From Octopus sinensis (taxonomy: Eukaryota): DNA of 64,000 bases. Positions 26,600-40,699 of the stretch are shown in pieces; position 1 is the stretch's first letter, and every line of letters starts with the position of its first letter. A program made the translations under genes and the position numbers. The notes beneath the pieces are model-generated. The model was not told the origin of the DNA, ran no database searches, and saw only the letters and a list, made by a program, of their open reading frames with translations. The stretch is from the NCBI RefSeq assembly GCF_006345805.1, contig NC_043005.1:52328001-52392000 (forward strand), written 5' to 3'.

Positions 26600-27200
26600 G
26601 TGAATAATGCCTATAGCTTAGAATCGAATCCCTCCTGTGAGGGTTCAGTCCTTTAGATATATGCCCCTTGGAATTTCTGATATATACACTTCCTTAAATG
26701 AATTCCAGCTTCGGTGGAGTAGGCATGTAGCGAGCCTGCGCAACTCCAAACTCCCGAATTAGACTTCCTTCGGTAAATTAGCTGTTGGTTCTCGGCTACA
26801 TGGTGGATACATAAATGTGATACAAAAGACATTCTCAGAGCCACTTCGAGAAAGTATAATATATACCAGTCTGCTCGGGAACATGTTGCTCAAGGTTGCT
26901 CACTGCACCGTAGCGCTGTGTGCATTGGCGTGCTGTACTCTGAGTCTGATTTCACCAGAGAATTTATGGAAAGGAGGGTTTCACAGAAAGCAAAAATCAC
27001 ACCGGGTCTTGACTCTGCTCTTATGTTCGCACCCCTTGCAGGTGCGGATTTTATGCCAATATTGGCCCATAGTCCCATACTTGCAACTGTTTCCCAATGA
27101 CCAATTCGTACGGGTGGAAATGCAAGTCTTCATGCAAAATACGCCTTACCGATCAATTACTGATGCCTCCATCAGTGGAGTGCCTCCAAGCTGAGCGATT
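26600..27200 (+). mobile_element. RTE (BovB-like) LINE 3' remnant
   Basis: QLRWSRHVASLRNSKLP...GKLAVGSR..GG (RTE QLRWAGHVxRMxDxRLPK...GELxxGxR), plus remnants of the C-terminal CxxCxRxFxAxIGLxSH zinc motif near 27030-27090. Confidence 0.8.
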
Positions 27201-27649
27201 CGGACTCTGTATCAATGTTTGTTTGATGCGTTTCACATTTTGCGGGTTCTGCGCCCCAACCAGTCTTCTATTCATTAGTGTACCTTGTGTAGGAAGTGCA
27301 TTAACTTAAGATTGTGTTACGGGTGGGAACAGTTTGATATTAGTGAATGTTAAAATGGCGCCGAAACACACGGTGAACTGCTATGACAGACTCGTGATTC
27401 TTCGCGTAATCTTCATAGGTAAACACGCGATACTCTATCGCCCATGGCATTATGGTTTCACCTGAAAAGAAAAAAAAGATGCTAAGACACCACACACTGC
27501 ATGGTATCCACCCATTGAGGCTGAGTAAGAACCCATTTCAAAAACGTCCGTCCTCTCTGACCTACCCTGTATATAATTTTTTTCCTTTACTTGTTTTAGT
27601 GATTGAACTGCAGCTGAGGTTAAATTCAGCTTGTAAGGGTATTTAATCG

Positions 27650-27764
27650 AACGAATTGCCTTTAGTACTTGTGTTCTTTTTCTCTAAACCTGGCATTTAT
27701 TCTATCGGTCTCTATCGGTAAACAAATCAACGCGGTTATCAAGTGGTAATTGGGGACAAACACT

Positions 27765-27801
<37 letters not shown>

Positions 27802-27838
27802 CACACACACACACACACACACACACCGCGCGCACACG

Positions 27839-27876
<38 letters not shown>

Positions 27877-27950
27877 CCAAATACGCCTACCAAATCTACT
27901 CTGAAAAACTCGGTCGGCCGGGGACTATAGGACAATACGCTACCTGGATA
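27650..27950 (-). mobile_element. Family-B SINE, strongly degenerate
   Basis: ttattctatcggtctc...ggggacaaacac, (CA)n, gcctaccaaatctact...ggtcggccggggactatag. Confidence 0.6.
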
Positions 27951-28841
27951 ATATATATATATATTTATAGGTAAAGGTTTCACACAAGTACTTCACTAAG
28001 GACATCCATAGACACACGCGCGCACACACACATAGACACACACACACACAGGCATGAAATTGAGTAACAAGGACAGACTGAAAGATAGACATGGAAGACA
28101 ACATCCGAAAGAAAGAAGCTTATACTGTGAAAATTTCTTTGACATGGATCAGAACATCACTGAATATTTGATGTTTAACGATCTTCCGCTTTAAAGATAT
28201 AATTCTTTCACTTATGAAATAGATTTAAGTGTCATTTGCTTAAAATACATAACTAGTCAAACAGTTGCTTCAAGAGTTCAAATACTGCAATGTACATTTT
28301 CCTGGCCCTAAAGTCTCTCTTTAGTCTAAAAAGTTCTCAATTATTCCACCGTAGCAATATCCCAAAACGAATCATAGGTACTAATAGTTTATGTATATAT
28401 ATGCAGACGCACGCACACATGCACACATATATATATATATATACACATACATACACACATATATATGTGTGTGTGTGTGTGTGATTGTGTGTGTATACAT
28501 ATGTGTGTGCCTGTGTGTATGTATGTATATATGAATTCCATACATTGAAGAAACATGCCCTAGGGCGACCTAACTCAGCACACAAACGAACATCACATAT
28601 GCCCAGAATATAATATGCAAACAAATAATTCAAACAAATTTCCCATCCAACATGTCTGGTTTCCCAAGAGCCAAATCTAAGGTAGATCACCATTCAAACG
28701 TTGTCACCCAAGAGTGATGCTCTTTGATTTAATGTTTTCTTTGCGAGACTCTGCGAATTCACGAGGCTTTGTGTTTTCATTCAAAATGGAAACGAACACC
28801 ATTCCCCCATGTGATCAGTTAGAAAAATTGTTAGGATATTA

Positions 28842-29037
28842 TTCTTTTACTTGTTTCAGTCATTTGACTGTGGCCATGCTGGAATACCGCCTTTTAGTCG
28901 AGCAAATCGACCCCAGGACTTTTCTTTGTAAGCCTAGTACTTAACCGCTAAGTTATGGGGACTTAAACACACCAGCATCGGCTGTCAAGCGATGTTGCTG
29001 GGAGGGGACAAACACAGATACACAAACATACACAAAA

Positions 29038-29072
<35 letters not shown>

Positions 29073-29237
29073 CATATTTACGACGGGCTTCTTGCAGTAT
29101 CCGTCTACCAAATCAACTCACAAAGCTTTGGTCGGCCCAAGGCTATAGTAGAAGACACTTGCCCAAGGTGCCACGCAGTGGGAATGAACCCGGACCCATG
29201 CAAGCTACTTACCACACAGCCACTCCTACGCCTATGC
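28842..29237 (-). mobile_element. Family-B SINE, near full length
   Basis: cttttacttgtttcagtcatttgactgtggccatgctgg...gacacttgcccaaggtgccacgcagtgg...ttaccacacagccactcctacgcctat. Confidence 0.9.
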
Positions 29238-29861
29238 TAAGATATTTTTTTAACATGAAACCTCTGGTAGCCTTAGTACACAAATAAAGAAATTCTATCC
29301 ACCAATGTGGTGTTGAGCACTCATGCAATGCGTTGATTAGAATCAAAGTTCTTTGACAATATTGTTTCATTGTAACTTGCGTGTGAAAATATTAATAATT
29401 TGTTAGTTGCAGATTTTTAGTTTCGTGAATGATTTATTGATTAGGAAATTAGGAAAGACAGAAGCAGGTGAACCTGTTTAAGTTGGGCGTCTTTGTCAAA
29501 GACTAATTTTGTTTTACATAAATAAAATCTTAGAATTCTGAATGGGTAGAGATGAGCGGAAATTAAGGTCATAAATTTCCATAGAACATTAGAACTTCTA
29601 TGATCTGACTCTGATTACTTTTTTAAATCGTTGTTATGTTAACAAACGCAAATAAACAATGGTGTACTGTGCCTTTACGATGGTAGAAAATTTTAGTAAT
29701 ACCAACACTGCTTTTGAAAATCACAAACGACATTTCGAAGAAAATTCCCGTTGAAAAATGCATCAAGCTTGTTATCGATTTATATCGCTGTATCACATTC
29801 ATATTGTTGTTCACGATGATGAAGGCATGAAAGGAGAATTAACCAAATTAATATCCTTTCT

Positions 29862-30066
29862 ATTACAGGTACAAGTCCTGAAATTTGATGGGAGGGGTTC
29901 CAGTTGATTACATCGACCCCCGAGTGTAACTGATACTTATTTTATCGACCTTGAAAAGAAGAACGACAAAGTCGACCTCGCTAGAATTTGAGTTTAGAAC
30001 GTAAGGTCGGACGAAATGCCGCTAAGCATTTTGCCCGGCGTACTGACGATTCTTTCAGCTCACCAC
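29862..30066 (-). mobile_element. Family-A SINE
   Basis: aaagtcgacctcgctagaatttgagtttagaacgtaag...gcattttgcccggcgtactgacgattctttcagctcaccacc. Confidence 0.8.
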
Positions 30067-30641
30067 CAAATTAGCATCGAAAGAAATTTGCGCGCACAGA
30101 CACACACTAACATGCACAGGCCACTGAAACCTTCCAAACTGGACATCAATGTTTAAGCGTTATCTATGTTTAATAAGGTCACCTATGAGTCCCAATCAAT
30201 CAATATTACAAATTATGAACCCACAAATACATTCCACCTTAAAAGAATGAAGGACAACTCAGAATAGCGAGATTAAGATATAAGAAATTAACTATCAAGT
30301 ATAACAAATGAGTATTAAGATCAGCAGCTGCCAAACGGATATCACTTTAGTTTTGACACCTGGGCAGAACCATTCAATCCGGCGGTGTCAACAGCGTTAA
30401 AATTAGAAACGCAGCCTTAGAATACGCCACAGTTACATAGTACTTATTTCAAAACGGACATTCTGACCATACAATGAGTATAGGCTACTACATACTTTGT
30501 TTCTCAAGCGACATCAAATAAAAACATGATACCACTCCAAAATCGACTTGAAGAATATTATATCGCATAAGCAACGTCCTCGAAAAGTGTACAATATATA
30601 AGACGACTTAGATCAATATCTATGAAATGAGTATGTATATA

Positions 30642-31477
30642 CAGGGTGAATAAATTGTAGTCTAAATTACGCAAAAATATAAATAACATTGACATCTCAT
30701 TTTAACAGATATATTTACCGAAATTACATTAAATTATCATGAAATACTAAAGAGTAAATTTATTCAATAGAATCGCTATTGGCTTTAACCACGGCATCTA
30801 GACGACTTTGGAATCTCCTGCAACTCTTCCGGACGTTCTCCTTGTGAACGTTGGAGAATGCTGCTATAATCCTTGGCTTCAGTTCATCTATGGTGTTACA
30901 AGCAGTTTTGTTGGTCTCTCGTTCAACTGCACTCCACACAGAAAGTGTCTGACAGCCGTCGCTGGGTTCTTCTGCTTGTGTGGAATGGTGCAGAATCCTG
31001 TTGCCAGACATAGTGTCTTCCAGCAGCCACCCTCAGGAGCCAGGGCAGCACTTCCTCCTCCAAGCACTAGATTTAGGCTTCCGTATTGAGTGTGATGCAG
31101 TGTAGGAAGATAAATGGAGGCATAACGTCGTTATCACTGGTGATCACTCCAAACACCATGATGTTGACTGGATGTTTGGTTTTCATCTCTCCCGATACAT
31201 ATCCTTAGATTGCATTGTCCTATAAAACAGACACCCAAACACCTTGAAATGTTCGCATTTATGCTTCCAGCGTGAATGCCAAGCAGTACAGAAATGTCGT
31301 TTCCAAATTTCTGGCAGAGAGAATTGCGTTGTGGTGGTGTTTTTTAATTTTTTTTTTTATCACAGACGGAGTCTAACTGCCCCTATTATACTGTGTAGTC
31401 GACAAAATCAAAAACAAACATTGCGCATGCTTGAAATAAAAAATTTAAAATAGCGACAATTTATCCATTGCAGCCTG
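30642..31477 (-). mobile_element. Internally deleted mariner/maT-like DNA transposon with both ends and TA flanks
   Basis: TA|cagggtgaataaattgtagtc at the left and gcgacaatttatccattgcagcctg|TA at the right (imperfect TIRs). Minus-strand MVFGVITSD...YVWQQDSAPFHTS, then a deletion, then VWSAVERETNK...RRFQSRLDAVVKANSDSIE*. Confidence 0.85.
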
Positions 31478-32409
31478 TACAAATACATACATACACGCAC
31501 AAACGCATGCACGCACACACACCACATACGCATATATGAAGAAAAAAAACATTGTAGCATTCAGCGTATATCATTCTTTTTTATACTCCTAAGTGGGCAT
31601 ATTTATATCCAAGTTAATTTCCCGATTGTGGTGGTCTGTATGTTAGAATCAATGAAAAGTAGAATATCTAGGAGTCACAGAAATGAAGGGTGCAAATATT
31701 ACACATATTACATTATAAATTAATAGTTTTAAGCCATCAATTTTTCGTATTCTTATTCATGTAATCAGTTAGCGCAATATCATTGATCTGGTGACAGGCT
31801 CACATAACTAGAAGAATCTATTCTCCTATCTCTCGATTTCTTTCTTTCGCTCTTTCTTCCTCATGACGATATAACTGCATCCATTGCTGCAACAGCCAAA
31901 AATTTCATTGAAACCTGTTTAACATTTTGTTTCATACCTCTGATTCAACTTGTTCAGCGCCGTAATGAACGAAAAGCCGAACTTGGCAAGATTGGAACAC
32001 CAAACAGTAAATAACTTTACTACATGCCAAAAGATTATTTTGATGCTCTGCTGATTCGCATACTCACGGCCCTAAAATGAACGAAATATATATTTTTAAA
32101 CATACTGAATTAGTTTAAAACGTATGAGAAATATACTGAAAAAAATAAAAAAGAATAATGTAAAATGAATTAAGAAAAGAAATAGATGGATATATAAAAA
32201 AGAAAATTGGGTCAAATTGAAATTAAGCATTTATCACAAATAAATTATTAACAATTCTTCTATAATCAATTAGATAATGTAAGCCACTTGTAGCGTACAT
32301 AATAGGAATTTTAATATTCTTTGGCTTTTTGTTTGTAGCTATTGGAATCAAACGTATCGTTCTAAATAATGGCAGCACATATATTACTAAATTCGTATAG
32401 CGCCTGGAG

Positions 32410-32453
<44 letters not shown>

Positions 32454-32766
32454 CCATGGAGAGAAAGAAATACATTTCTGCATACATATGTTTAAATTGT
32501 TTGTGTGCGTGTGCCTGTTTGTACTTTAATATATTTTTTTTCATCTACAGAAAACATATAGCGACCTACGTGAAAATAATTCCAGAGGATGTTGCTAGGC
32601 TAGCTGCATCTTGTAGCAGCAATGTTCTGAGTTCTGTAAATTATATATATTTTTCTTTTCTTTTTTTTTTGTTTTTGTGTGTTTTTTGTTTTGTTTTGTT
32701 TTCAGTGAGTCTAGATGACTGATTTTAAATTCGGATCTGTTTCTGAAAAATTCTACAAATACATAA

Positions 32767-32799
<33 letters not shown>

Positions 32800-32886
32800 A
32801 CACACACACACACACACACATACATACACACACACACATATAAATATATATATATATATATATATGCATGCAAAGACAGAGAGACA

Positions 32887-32930
<44 letters not shown>

Positions 32931-33652
32931 TATATGCAGAGAGACATATATATATATATATATATATATGAAATTTACTTCTGAATGCATATATTCAACA
33001 ATCCTGCTATGCTTTATAGAGCAAATATTTACTTTAATTTTACTATTACTGGTGCAGACAGTTTACTTCGGAAAACTGCGATATATTGAAATTGCTGTAA
33101 ATCCTGAACAGGAAATGTTGAAATCTCCTGAACTCTGCAGTTGCGTAACTGATGGCTGTTTTAATGGTTATCATTAAAAAAAGGGCAATCACATTAATGT
33201 GAAAAACATAAAAAAAAACAAAAAAAAACTTATAACTGGATTCTATTCAATTATGTGAGCTAAGTGCATGATAAAGTACAGGCAGGCAGTTCGGACAGGA
33301 AGTTAAAGCAGTAAAGGAAATACAGTGAAAGAAACAATGAAATGGAGCAATAACACACACACACACACACACACATAAGCGTAAACGTAGGAGTGTGCAG
33401 ACTCATTCGTAGAAGTATATACACACTTTTCTAAACGCACACACTGCACTTGAGCAAACTACACACATACCGGCTGTACACGTGTATATCACTTTGTAAT
33501 ATAGCCACTTTAAACTTGTTTATAAAGTTATATATTTGCACATGTAAGTGGGCATGTATGTATATGTATGTACAAAATATATACACATATAAACTTATAT
33601 ATCTATGGATATTTGAATAAGCATTATAATATAGCTATATTCATGTATATAA

Positions 33653-33711
<59 letters not shown>

Positions 33712-34982
33712 TCCACACACACGCACGCACATATATGTATCTGTGTGTGTGTGTATATATATATACATGCATGCGTTTATGTATACAAGCACATACACGC
33801 GCACACGAACATTTATAAGGTCACGTGCATGACTATCTGGTTTAAAATGTTCTGCTGGAAAGTACACGGGTTCCGGGTTTTTGTCATTTGCACGGCACTG
33901 TGGGCAAATGTATTTTACCGTAGCAACGAGTTGTCCAATGGCTTACGAATGGAATTTAGTAAGCGTGGTCTTGGCTATAAATCTGTATGTCTCTGCACGT
34001 TTTCACGCTCAAAAATCAGTGTTTTTAATTAATTATTCAGACTCTTTCTGTCTCGATAAATGAAAACACGGGAATACATACAAACAAACATACGTGATAA
34101 TCGAGGGTATAAGTAAAATACAGTCGATCACCTCATTAGCAACTCATGCAGGAACCCGGCTAACAAACTGTTCGAGCAGCAGTTTAATAGGTACAACTTT
34201 AGATTAACTCAAGGATGATTGATTATACTTCAGTCAATTATTACAATCCTAGGTATGTATATGTAATAAATATGTTATAATCCTCACTGAGTAATAGCAA
34301 TAATTTCTTATAATAATGGAGGAAACGAGAACTCAAAGTTATGTATGTTTTAATGAATAAATGCCATTTATTTCATATTAAATAAAAAAAAGTCCTGCAA
34401 TTTCATGCAATGAATTTAGAGTTCATTCATTTATTCAATATTTATATCTTAAACACTTCTGTCTGTGATTGCGGGAATTTTTACAAACCCTGTTACATGA
34501 TCCTGCACAATTATTAAACAAGCAGCATGGAACCTTCTCCAACGTTTGTCCACAATTCTTTTTAAAAATCGTTCAAGTTTTACCACAGATCTAATTGCAG
34601 TAAAGCAATTATTTCTGATTCTCACTAACATATAGTTTAGACATTGCATGAGCTCACTTAATTAAATTATTATATCCACAGTGTTTTCATATTTTTTTAT
34701 CCTTTCTTTGTAGATCCTAATTTTCTTCTTTATTTCATATTTAGAGCCTCCCACCTAAATCATAATTAACAGAATATTCTCCGAGTTACAACACTGGTGT
34801 AATTAACAGAACACCATTAGACCTTTCCTCTCTCATGGTTTAGAGTTATACACGAATAAATAAGATACAACTAATCTCACTTTCCAGTTCGCTTTAGTAA
34901 TTTATTTAGTATGGTATCTTATTTCTGTTGTCCATTAGTACTATATTTACTTCACCATTGGACCCTATAGTTTCACAATACT

Positions 34983-35365
34983 CTCTTTTACTCTTTTACT
35001 TGTTTCAGTCATGTAACTGTGGCCATGCTGGAGCACCGCCTTTAGTCGAGCAAATCGACCCCAGGACTTATTCTTTGCAAGCCTAGTACTTATTCTATCG
35101 GTTACTTTTGCCGAACCGCTAAGTTACGGAGACGTAAACACACCAGCATCCGTTTTTAAGCGATGTTGGGGTGGGGACAAACACAGACACACATACATGT
35201 ACATATACATATATACGACGGGCTTCTTTCAGTTTCCATCTACCAAATCCACTCACAAAGCTTTGGTCGGCCCGAAGCTATAGTAGAAGACACTTGCCCA
35301 AGGCTGAACCTGAAACCATGTAGTTCGTAAGCAAGCTACTTACCACACAGCCACTCCTACGCCTA
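34983..35365 (-). mobile_element. Family-B SINE, near full length
   Basis: Same head, body and tail as 28842-29237. Confidence 0.9.
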
Positions 35366-36409
35366 TACTTCAACTTAATAAATACATTTCTTTCTTTTAT
35401 CTATTTATCTTTATCTTCGACTTATTTTTGATTTGTTATTCTAAAATCTATATTTTCATCCCTCGGCTCCCAAGGAAAATACACCTTCATTAACACAACT
35501 AATATTTGAATTTAATACTATGGGCATCTATTTCTAGCACCACTGTAACCAGGCGAATCCTAAATCTCCCCTCACTTTTACTAGTATCAAGCCCCCTTTA
35601 GATTTTGATCATCATTAACTTTTACAAACACCTCATTACCATCACAATCTCACCCATCCCTCTTTTGCCAACTCTGATCAGCGTTGATGGGTACTTAAAA
35701 GATGACATATTCGAACATCTGCTACCCTCACGATACTGACTAGTACATACCTACTCTACTACAACCACCTGTCTGTCATTCCTTCACGCTGTAGTACAAT
35801 ATCCCTATTCATTTTCAACACTTATTCATTCTTTATTCAAATCTAGAACTGGTAACTTCCACAATTCCTTACCATAGATTTTCATCGAACAATCTCATTT
35901 TAAACAGATAACGGACGTTACCTATAGCTTTATTGTTTATTTCATAAAAAAAAAAACTACCTAACGCATACCTATTTTACTCTGAACCTTCCCCAATTTT
36001 TTACAAACTGTGACATACTATCTTCGACTTGAGACATTCCCTCATTTTTACATCTCTCTGACATTTTACATCCCTGTCTGATGACGAAATAGCTAGCTTG
36101 TGGAATCGTCACTCATTCGTTTTATGTTTTTTTGTCCCTAGTGTGGTGTTGTGTCTGTCCTTATAATGTCCCCTCTGTGTTAGTGGCCTGAGTGCCAAAA
36201 TAAAGAAAATGTTACTCCATATGATGACTCACATGCTTGACTCCTATAGAAACAACTGTAAGAGTCTCTGTATGTTTATATCCTCTAACTTAATTAAATA
36301 TCTTATTCAAGTGATGCCTAACGTTTTACATTTTCCTTTTACATTTAATCTATATGCTTACACATGTATATATGCATATATGATAGATCGGTAGCCACAA
36401 CATACATTT

Positions 36410-36585
36410 TTTTCTCTACTTGTTTCTCTCCTTGTTTCTTTCTGTGTTCGTTTCTGTGGAAGAGCGTAAGCTCGAAATGTAACATACTTTTTCAATTCCC
36501 GAGCGTGATACTAATACATCTGTTTGTTTTCTACCCCACCTGCCTTCGTCTTTTGTTTCTTTTTTCGTGAATTCTCTCCCTATAT
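36410..36585 (+). mobile_element. Penelope-like terminal repeat copy with a hammerhead-like motif (36449-36486)
   Basis: ctgtgga-a-gagc-gtaa-gctc-gaaatgta. Homologous to 36709-36910 and 60739-60930 in the opposite orientation; ends at (TA)n. Confidence 0.7.
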
Positions 36586-36637
36586 GCATATATATATATG
36601 TATATCAGATTTAAATACATGTGAGTGTATTTGTGTG

Positions 36638-36708
<71 letters not shown>

Positions 36709-36709
<1 letters not shown>

Positions 36710-38120
36710 CGGGAAGCTTATGAAAATAGACAAAAGACGAAGGCAGGTGGAAAACAAACAAACATTGTATTAGTATGGCGCTCAGGAAATATAAATAAAA
36801 CAAGTCTTTAACGTTTCGAGCCTACGCTCTTCAACAGAAAGATACACAGAGAGAAAAAAACACAGAAAGAAGGAGAGAAAAAAATGCGTGCAGTAACTAA
36901 CGATCAACACATGGCGATCTGATTTCGGCCAGAGGTCAAAGATCAAACATGAGACGCGAGAGCGAAATAAGGGGAGATAATAGGGTTGATAATAGGGTTG
37001 AATGACCAGCTATTAGTGCGTAGGAGGGGTCTGGACGTGTGTATGTATAGGGTTGGTGTATGTATTAGTATGTATTAGTATGTATAAGGGTGTGTGTGTG
37101 TGTGTGTGATGAGAGAGTATTAGTGCGTAGGATAGGTCTGGACGTGCGTCTGTATGGGGTTGGTGTATGTATTAGTATGTATTAGTATGTATTAGTACGT
37201 ATTAGTATGTATAAGTGTGTGTGTGTGTGTATGAGAGAGTATAAGTGCGTATGAGGGGTCTGGATGTGTGTATGTATAGGGTTGTGTATGTATTAGTATG
37301 TATTAGTATGTATTAGTACGTATTAGTATGTATTAGTGGTGTATGTTAGTATGGCACATCATATATGATGTTGTGTAAAGTCGTGTGATGTAGTGAGGAG
37401 AAGGGGGGGGGGGGAGAAGGGGAGGAGAAGGGGAGGGGAAGAAGAGGGGAGGAGAGGGGGGAAGAGGAAAGGAGGGGGAGAAGGAATGGGAGGAGGAGGG
37501 GAGGAAGGAGGAAAGAGGGAGAGGGGAGGAGAAGGGGAGTGAGGGAGCAGAGGGAAGGGGAAGAGGGAAGGAGGGAGGGAGAAAGAGGGAAGAAGGGAAG
37601 GGGAGTAGGGGTGAAAGGATGAAGGACTGAAGAAGTAGGGGTCGGGGGGGTGGGGAAGGATAGTGAGGAGTGGGGGAAGGGGGGTTAGATGAGGAGGAGG
37701 GGAGAGTTGAGACCAAATGGCGTATAAGAGCGAGAGAGAAGATTAATTCCTGTTCACGGCGCAAACGGGAATCCGGATGGCCTCTGTGTAAGGACAAACC
37801 GAACACAGATAGGTGTTGCAAGGAGTGACCGGTGGAGCGAAATGGCGTGAGACCGGTGTGTCGTTCGCAAGGTGGATGTCACGAGGGTTTCCGCGAACCG
37901 GTCAGCCAAGCGGCGTCCCGTTTGTCCGATGTACAAGGAATTGCAGAGGGAGCAAGAGACGCAATAGATAATATTGCTGGAGGTGCAGCTGAAGGAGTGG
38001 ATGATGGGATAGGGTCGATGGTGGGTGCTAGTGAGGCGGGTGGTGTTGGAGAGGTAAGGGCAAGTGCGGCAACGTGGGCGGGAGCAGGGGAATGCAGACG
38101 TGCATAATTTCTACCTTGTA
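36709..38120 (-). mobile_element. 5'-truncated Penelope-like element (Neptune-type GIY-YIG end, purine tract, tandem repeats, terminal repeat with hammerhead at 36804-36842)
   Basis: Minus strand: FPCSRPRCRTCPYL...FSCTSSNIIYCVSCSLCNSLYIGQTGRRLADRFAE (frameshift)...DSRLRREQELIFSL. GA-rich tract 37390-37700. Three units of 107-122 bp at 37012-37335. Terminus ends in (TA)n. Confidence 0.9.
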
Positions 38121-38202
38121 AAGCAATTCTTGGCTTTCAAAATGACTTCCATTAACCGGCGACTTTACCAAATGTTACAAAATTGATTGTGCAGAGTGGT
38201 AT

Positions 38203-38441
38203 TGCAGGTGGCGAGCTGGCAGAAACGTTAGCACGCCGGGCGAAATGCGTAGCCGTATTTCGTCTGCCGTTACGTTCTGAGTTCAAATTCCGCCGAGGTC
38301 CACTTTGCCTTTCATCCTTTCGGGGTCGATAAATTAAGTACCAGTTTCGCACTGGGGTCGATGTAATCGACTTAATCCGTTTGTCTGTCCTTGTTTGTCC
38401 CCTCTGTGTGTAGCCCCTTGTGGGTAGTAAAGAAATAGGTA
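38203..38441 (+). mobile_element. Family-A SINE, low divergence
   Basis: ggtggcgagctggcagaaacgttagcacgccggg...gagttcaaattcc...gtagtaaagaaataggtatt. Confidence 0.9.
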
Positions 38442-38993
38442 TTGCAGTGGTTATGTTGATTTTCATTTAACATAGCGCAATACGAGTTGTGAATGCTGCA
38501 ACCATAAGACTAAAAGTTAAAAACTACACCATTGCACTACTGTGTGCCACAGTAAATATGTATTAATAAACTCCTTCCTATAGTATTTTGAGTGATTATC
38601 AACGAGTCTACTTCCAATGTATTACATTTTCTATACAAATGTCCAAACCAACCTTTCTTTATTCTCCCTGTTTGGAAATATTTAATCCATTCACGACTTA
38701 CTTGAATGAATGTAGTTTGTGTGTTTCTATATACACATACTCACACACAGGCACACACTAACACACACATATACATACATGCACACACATGCAAACATAC
38801 ATATATACACACATAAATATATGTATGCATATATGTATGTGTTTCCGTAGTTTTATATGTATATGTACAAACACATTATACGTAGCTTTGTGTATTGCAT
38901 GTATATTATAGCTTCGCATTGGTGTGCATAGATACAGCTCTGCATGAGTATAAACACATGTCTTTTAGCATATACCAATGTAGGAATATATAT

Positions 38994-39025
<32 letters not shown>

Positions 39026-39414
39026 ATTATATATATATACTAATATGTATATATATATATATATATATGTATTATATATATAATATATGTATATATATAC
39101 ATTATACAGACACACAAACATACACACACACGCACATACACAGAGCCATATACATATGTGCGTGAGGTGATTGGTTGTTAACATTCCTACTTTATTTTTT
39201 ACTGGTTCACTCACAAAATTACCGCACTAATTTCACTTCCTGTTCAAACTGCCTGTTGCGCTTTCCTATGCTATTAAGAGATATTTTTGCATATCATTGT
39301 CATTGTCGCTCCAAAGTTTAAAAATCTGCAAACCGTTGCTAATTTGGATATCCCGGCAGACTGTTAGTCTTTAAATGTCAATAAATATTAAATATACATG
39401 TGTACATACACATA

Positions 39415-39450
<36 letters not shown>

Positions 39451-39710
39451 CAATTGCACACATGTGTTCATTCTCATATGTATGCATGTATATATGTATG
39501 TATGCAATGCATGTATGTGTGTATGCATGAATACAGACCACACCACACAGACACACACACAAGCGTATTGGTATAATGAAAATAATTTTACATTACTTCG
39601 ATTACTCATACATTGGCAAAGAGCAAATTTATTGCTCTTTAACAAACACGGAGCTGAAAGTGATTTCGAAGTTTCGGCCAGCTATTTCATTATTGGAGTG
39701 TGATGACTTT

Positions 39711-39808
<98 letters not shown>

Positions 39809-39965
39809 ATCTATCTATCTATCTATCTACATATATTTATTAAAGCTGAAAAATATTTACAAAACTGTTACTCAGAGATCCACATTTGCGTTCGTCGTAG
39901 GGTCCTTAGGTATTCGAGTACTATTTTTTCCATCTTGTCTTGCATTTATGTGCTTATTCGTGTAT

Positions 39966-39999
<34 letters not shown>

Positions 40000-40026
40000 A
40001 ACGAGATAAAAAAATTTTTGGAATGC

Positions 40027-40069
<43 letters not shown>

Positions 40070-40085
40070 GGAGGGAGGGAGGGTG

Positions 40086-40127
<42 letters not shown>

Positions 40128-40432
40128 ATGATAGAAAATAGAATTAAGGACATAACTACAAGCACACATACACAAGCATACACGCACGATTACAAATAGA
40201 AACAGATACAAAAACGAAGTGGAATTAATGTTAGGGCACATTCTTACACATTTACTACTTTTAAAGATGTTTTATAATCATTAACTAACATTAAATGCCT
40301 CTCTTCAGGTCATTATTTAAATATATATATAACACACACACAAACACGCTCACACATTTACCAACACATACATATAAATCGATTCATGCTTTTATGTTTA
40401 CGCTTGTGCGTATGTGTATACAAAAATTCGTT

Positions 40433-40590
40433 TATTCTTTTACTTGTTTCAGTCATTTGACGGCGGTGATGCTGGCTCACTGACTTTAGTCGAGCAAATC
40501 GACCACAGGATTTATTCTTTGTAAGCCTAGTACTTATTCTATCGTTTTTCAAGCGATGTTGGGGGGATAAACACAGACAACTACAAACAC
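40433..40590 (-). mobile_element. Family-B SINE 3' fragment
   Basis: cttttacttgtttcagtcatttgac...gtcgagcaaatcgacc...aagcgatgttggggg. Confidence 0.75.
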
Positions 40591-40598
40591 ACACACAT

Positions 40599-40642
<44 letters not shown>

Positions 40643-40699
40643 ATATATATATATATATTATATAATATATATATAAATTAATAATAAATAAAATATTGC

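Noticed and set aside
27354-27363. YY1-like aaaatggcg motif (also near 47038)
   Set aside because: Isolated short motifs with no promoter context.
35400-36060. C/T-skewed unique-looking stretch (and an A/G-skewed one at 49700-50150) suspected to be retroelement interior
   Set aside because: No translatable RT or endonuclease motif found; cannot be classified without a search.
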